From: Clostridia bacterium
Lineage (GTDB): Bacteria > CBDUZB01 > JAGLHV01
NCBI GenBank assembly: GCA_030637025.1
Contig: DAOVVV010000015.1
Coordinates: 1 to 57,080, forward strand
Direction: 5' to 3'
DNA length: 57,080 bases
The position numbers and the translations under genes are program-made. Each line of letters begins with the position of its first letter. Within the stretch, counting starts at the first letter, position 1. Below the pieces are notes generated by a model that saw nothing but the letters and a program-made list of their open reading frames with translations, was not told where the DNA came from and made no database searches. Positions 55,431 to 57,080 of this stretch are shown piece by piece.

Positions 55431-57080
55431 TTAAAATTTCAGCATTACCCCGCTCCCCCAGCATCTTCCCGGTTGTTCGATACCGGCCACTTCTTCATAT
55501 TCCTTATCAAAAATATTTTTCACATCTAAAAATATTTTCCATTTTTTAATAGTTAAGAGTACACGCGTATCTAAAATTAAAAAATCCCTGTCTTCTTTTT
55601 GTTTATAAACCCCATACCATACCTGGTTAATCCCCTTATATAAAAAATGATTTATTTTGCAGGAAATTTGATGTTTGCTATATTTCAGCCCATATTTAGA
55701 AAGGTAATCATCCTTTTTTAAGCCGGAATAAACATAAGTATATCCCAACTGCGTATTTATGTTTTTATTTATTTTTTTCTTTAAAAAAATTTCTACCCCG
55801 TTAAAATCGGCTTTTCCTATATTTTCAGCAGCCCATTGAGTTTGAGTTTCATCCTTTTTTATCCAGTCAATAAGATTTTTTTCTTCCCTTCTAAAAAAAA
55901 TAATCCCTGTTTTATCATGGGTTTTACCTGAAAAATCCACTTTTAATTGATAAGACAAATTTTCCTCCGGTTTGAGATTAACATTACCGCTATTTACCGG
56001 ACTTTGGTAATAAAGTTCTGTAAAAGAAGGAATACGAAAAGCACGGCTAACTGACATATGTACCCCACAAAAAGGCACAACCCTCCATCCAATACCTAAT
56101 TGGGGAGATAACATCTCTCCCCAGTCAGAAGAATCCAGGCGTAAACCGGTATTAAAATCCATTTTCCAAATAGGCACCGACAGCAAATACTCAGCAAAAA
56201 TTGCTTTCCTCAAGCGGCTATGTTCTCCTAAAGAGGTACTGTCTATTTCTTCACTATTTATTTCCCCTCCCACAACTAAATTCCCTGCCCCTTTAAGGAA
56301 AAACTTAGACTGCAAAACTCCTCCGCAAGTAGAAGATATATGTTCATTGACATACCAGGAAGGGTTGGTTATATCTAATATGTATTTATCCTCATGACGG
56401 CGAAAAGAGAAATTAGAATCAATCATTATTGTTTTATTAATTCTGTACGACCCCTTAAGAATAGAGAGGTAAGTTTTTGTCCATTCTTTAGAAGGAAAAT
56501 TCATTCCCGGTGTATAAAAATCATAAGCGCCGAATTCTTTATCCATAAATCCTAAATCCAGGGAAATTTTTCCTCGGCGGAAATCAGACCCGGGACTAAA
56601 CATATTCCAGACAAAACTGCTAAAAAAATTACTATTATCAAAATCCGTGTCGTATCGAAACCCATCAGACTTCATTTTTTGAAAAGAAATTCTTTTACTG
56701 AATTTCCCTCCCTGCTCTAAAGAAAAAGAAACATTCCCGGTATTATATTCACTAAAACCTATTTTTATAGTTTTTAAAAATTTATCTCCCTGCGGCCTTT
56801 TAGTTATCAGATTAATCACTCCTCCGAAAGCATCTGCGCCGTAAAGATAAGAACCTGCACCATATAAAATTTCAACTCTTTCTATATCATTTATAGTTAT
56901 GGGAAAATCCATATTGTGGTGAGCTGTTTGTGGGTCGTTGACTCTTACTCCGTTAATAAGAACCAAGACTTGTTGAAAAGTACATCCTCTAATACTAATA
57001 TCTGCTTGCATTCCCCAGGGATTACGCCTGCTCATATCTACACCCAGGGTATAATCAAGCAACTGACCGATAGCAGTAAT
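55431..57080 (-). CDS. TonB-dependent receptor (5' end outside window)
   Basis: Plug motifs ISIRG..VLVLING, IERVEIL.G....YG..A.GGVIN; NLKPE; C-terminal F; frame open to window end. Confidence 0.93.
   Translation of the reverse strand: MTAIGQLLDYTLGVDMSRRNPWGMQADISIRGCTFQQVLVLINGVRVNDPQTAHHNMDFPITINDIERVEILYGAGSYLYGADAFGGVINLITKRPQGDKFLKTIKIGFSEYNTGNVSFSLEQGGKFSKRISFQKMKSDGFRYDTDFDNSNFFSSFVWNMFSPGSDFRRGKISLDLGFMDKEFGAYDFYTPGMNFPSKEWTKTYLSILKGSYRINKTIMIDSNFSFRRHEDKYILDITNPSWYVNEHISSTCGGVLQSKFFLKGAGNLVVGGEINSEEIDSTSLGEHSRLRKAIFAEYLLSVPIWKMDFNTGLRLDSSDWGEMLSPQLGIGWRVVPFCGVHMSVSRAFRIPSFTELYYQSPVNSGNVNLKPEENLSYQLKVDFSGKTHDKTGIIFFRREEKNLIDWIKKDETQTQWAAENIGKADFNGVEIFLKKKINKNINTQLGYTYVYSGLKKDDYLSKYGLKYSKHQISCKINHFLYKGINQVWYGVYKQKEDRDFLILDTRVLLTIKKWKIFLDVKNIFDKEYEEVAGIEQPGRCWGSGVMLKF

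Noticed and set aside
221-55549. Many short ORFs antisense to or inside real genes (e.g. 221-499, 750-944, 37627-38079, 40545-40970, 50596-51069, 16662-16856, 29603-29821)
   Set aside because: Shadow ORFs of well-supported genes or translations of repeat elements; no family motifs

Overview
A 57 kb low-GC chromosomal segment of a diderm bacterium (it carries LptE and a TonB-dependent receptor; exact lineage cannot be determined by eye). Almost all genes lie on the - strand. The backbone is housekeeping: tandem cold-shock genes, ogt, uvrC, murJ, rpsT, holA, lptE, leuS, amrS, tlyA-dxs-ispA-xseBA, ymdB-rny-fau-rarA-6S RNA-zapA, pheTS, ktrAB, rplT-rpmI-infC, tRNA-Leu(CAA), EndoQ, uvrB. Between lptE and leuS (~7.0-16.6 kb) is a defence island. 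It holds an integrase-less integron-type cassette array (two clear attC sites, an attI-like core and a consensus sigma70 promoter) with three units: a signal-peptide-bearing proteasome-beta/Ntn-hydrolase-like gene, a divergent GIY-YIG-like nuclease gene, and a complete qatABCD anti-phage operon in the third position. It also holds an AbiEi/AbiEii toxin-antitoxin pair, BRO and DUF6088-like gene scars, and a symmetric 54-bp dual-palindrome array. A second accessory locus (25.7-30.4 kb) encodes an SPFH/double-zinc-ribbon protein, three paralogous zinc-ribbon proteins and a helical protein. Intergenic regions are dense with nested MITE/REP-like elements. All calls come from reading the sequence and recalling families; no database searches were run.
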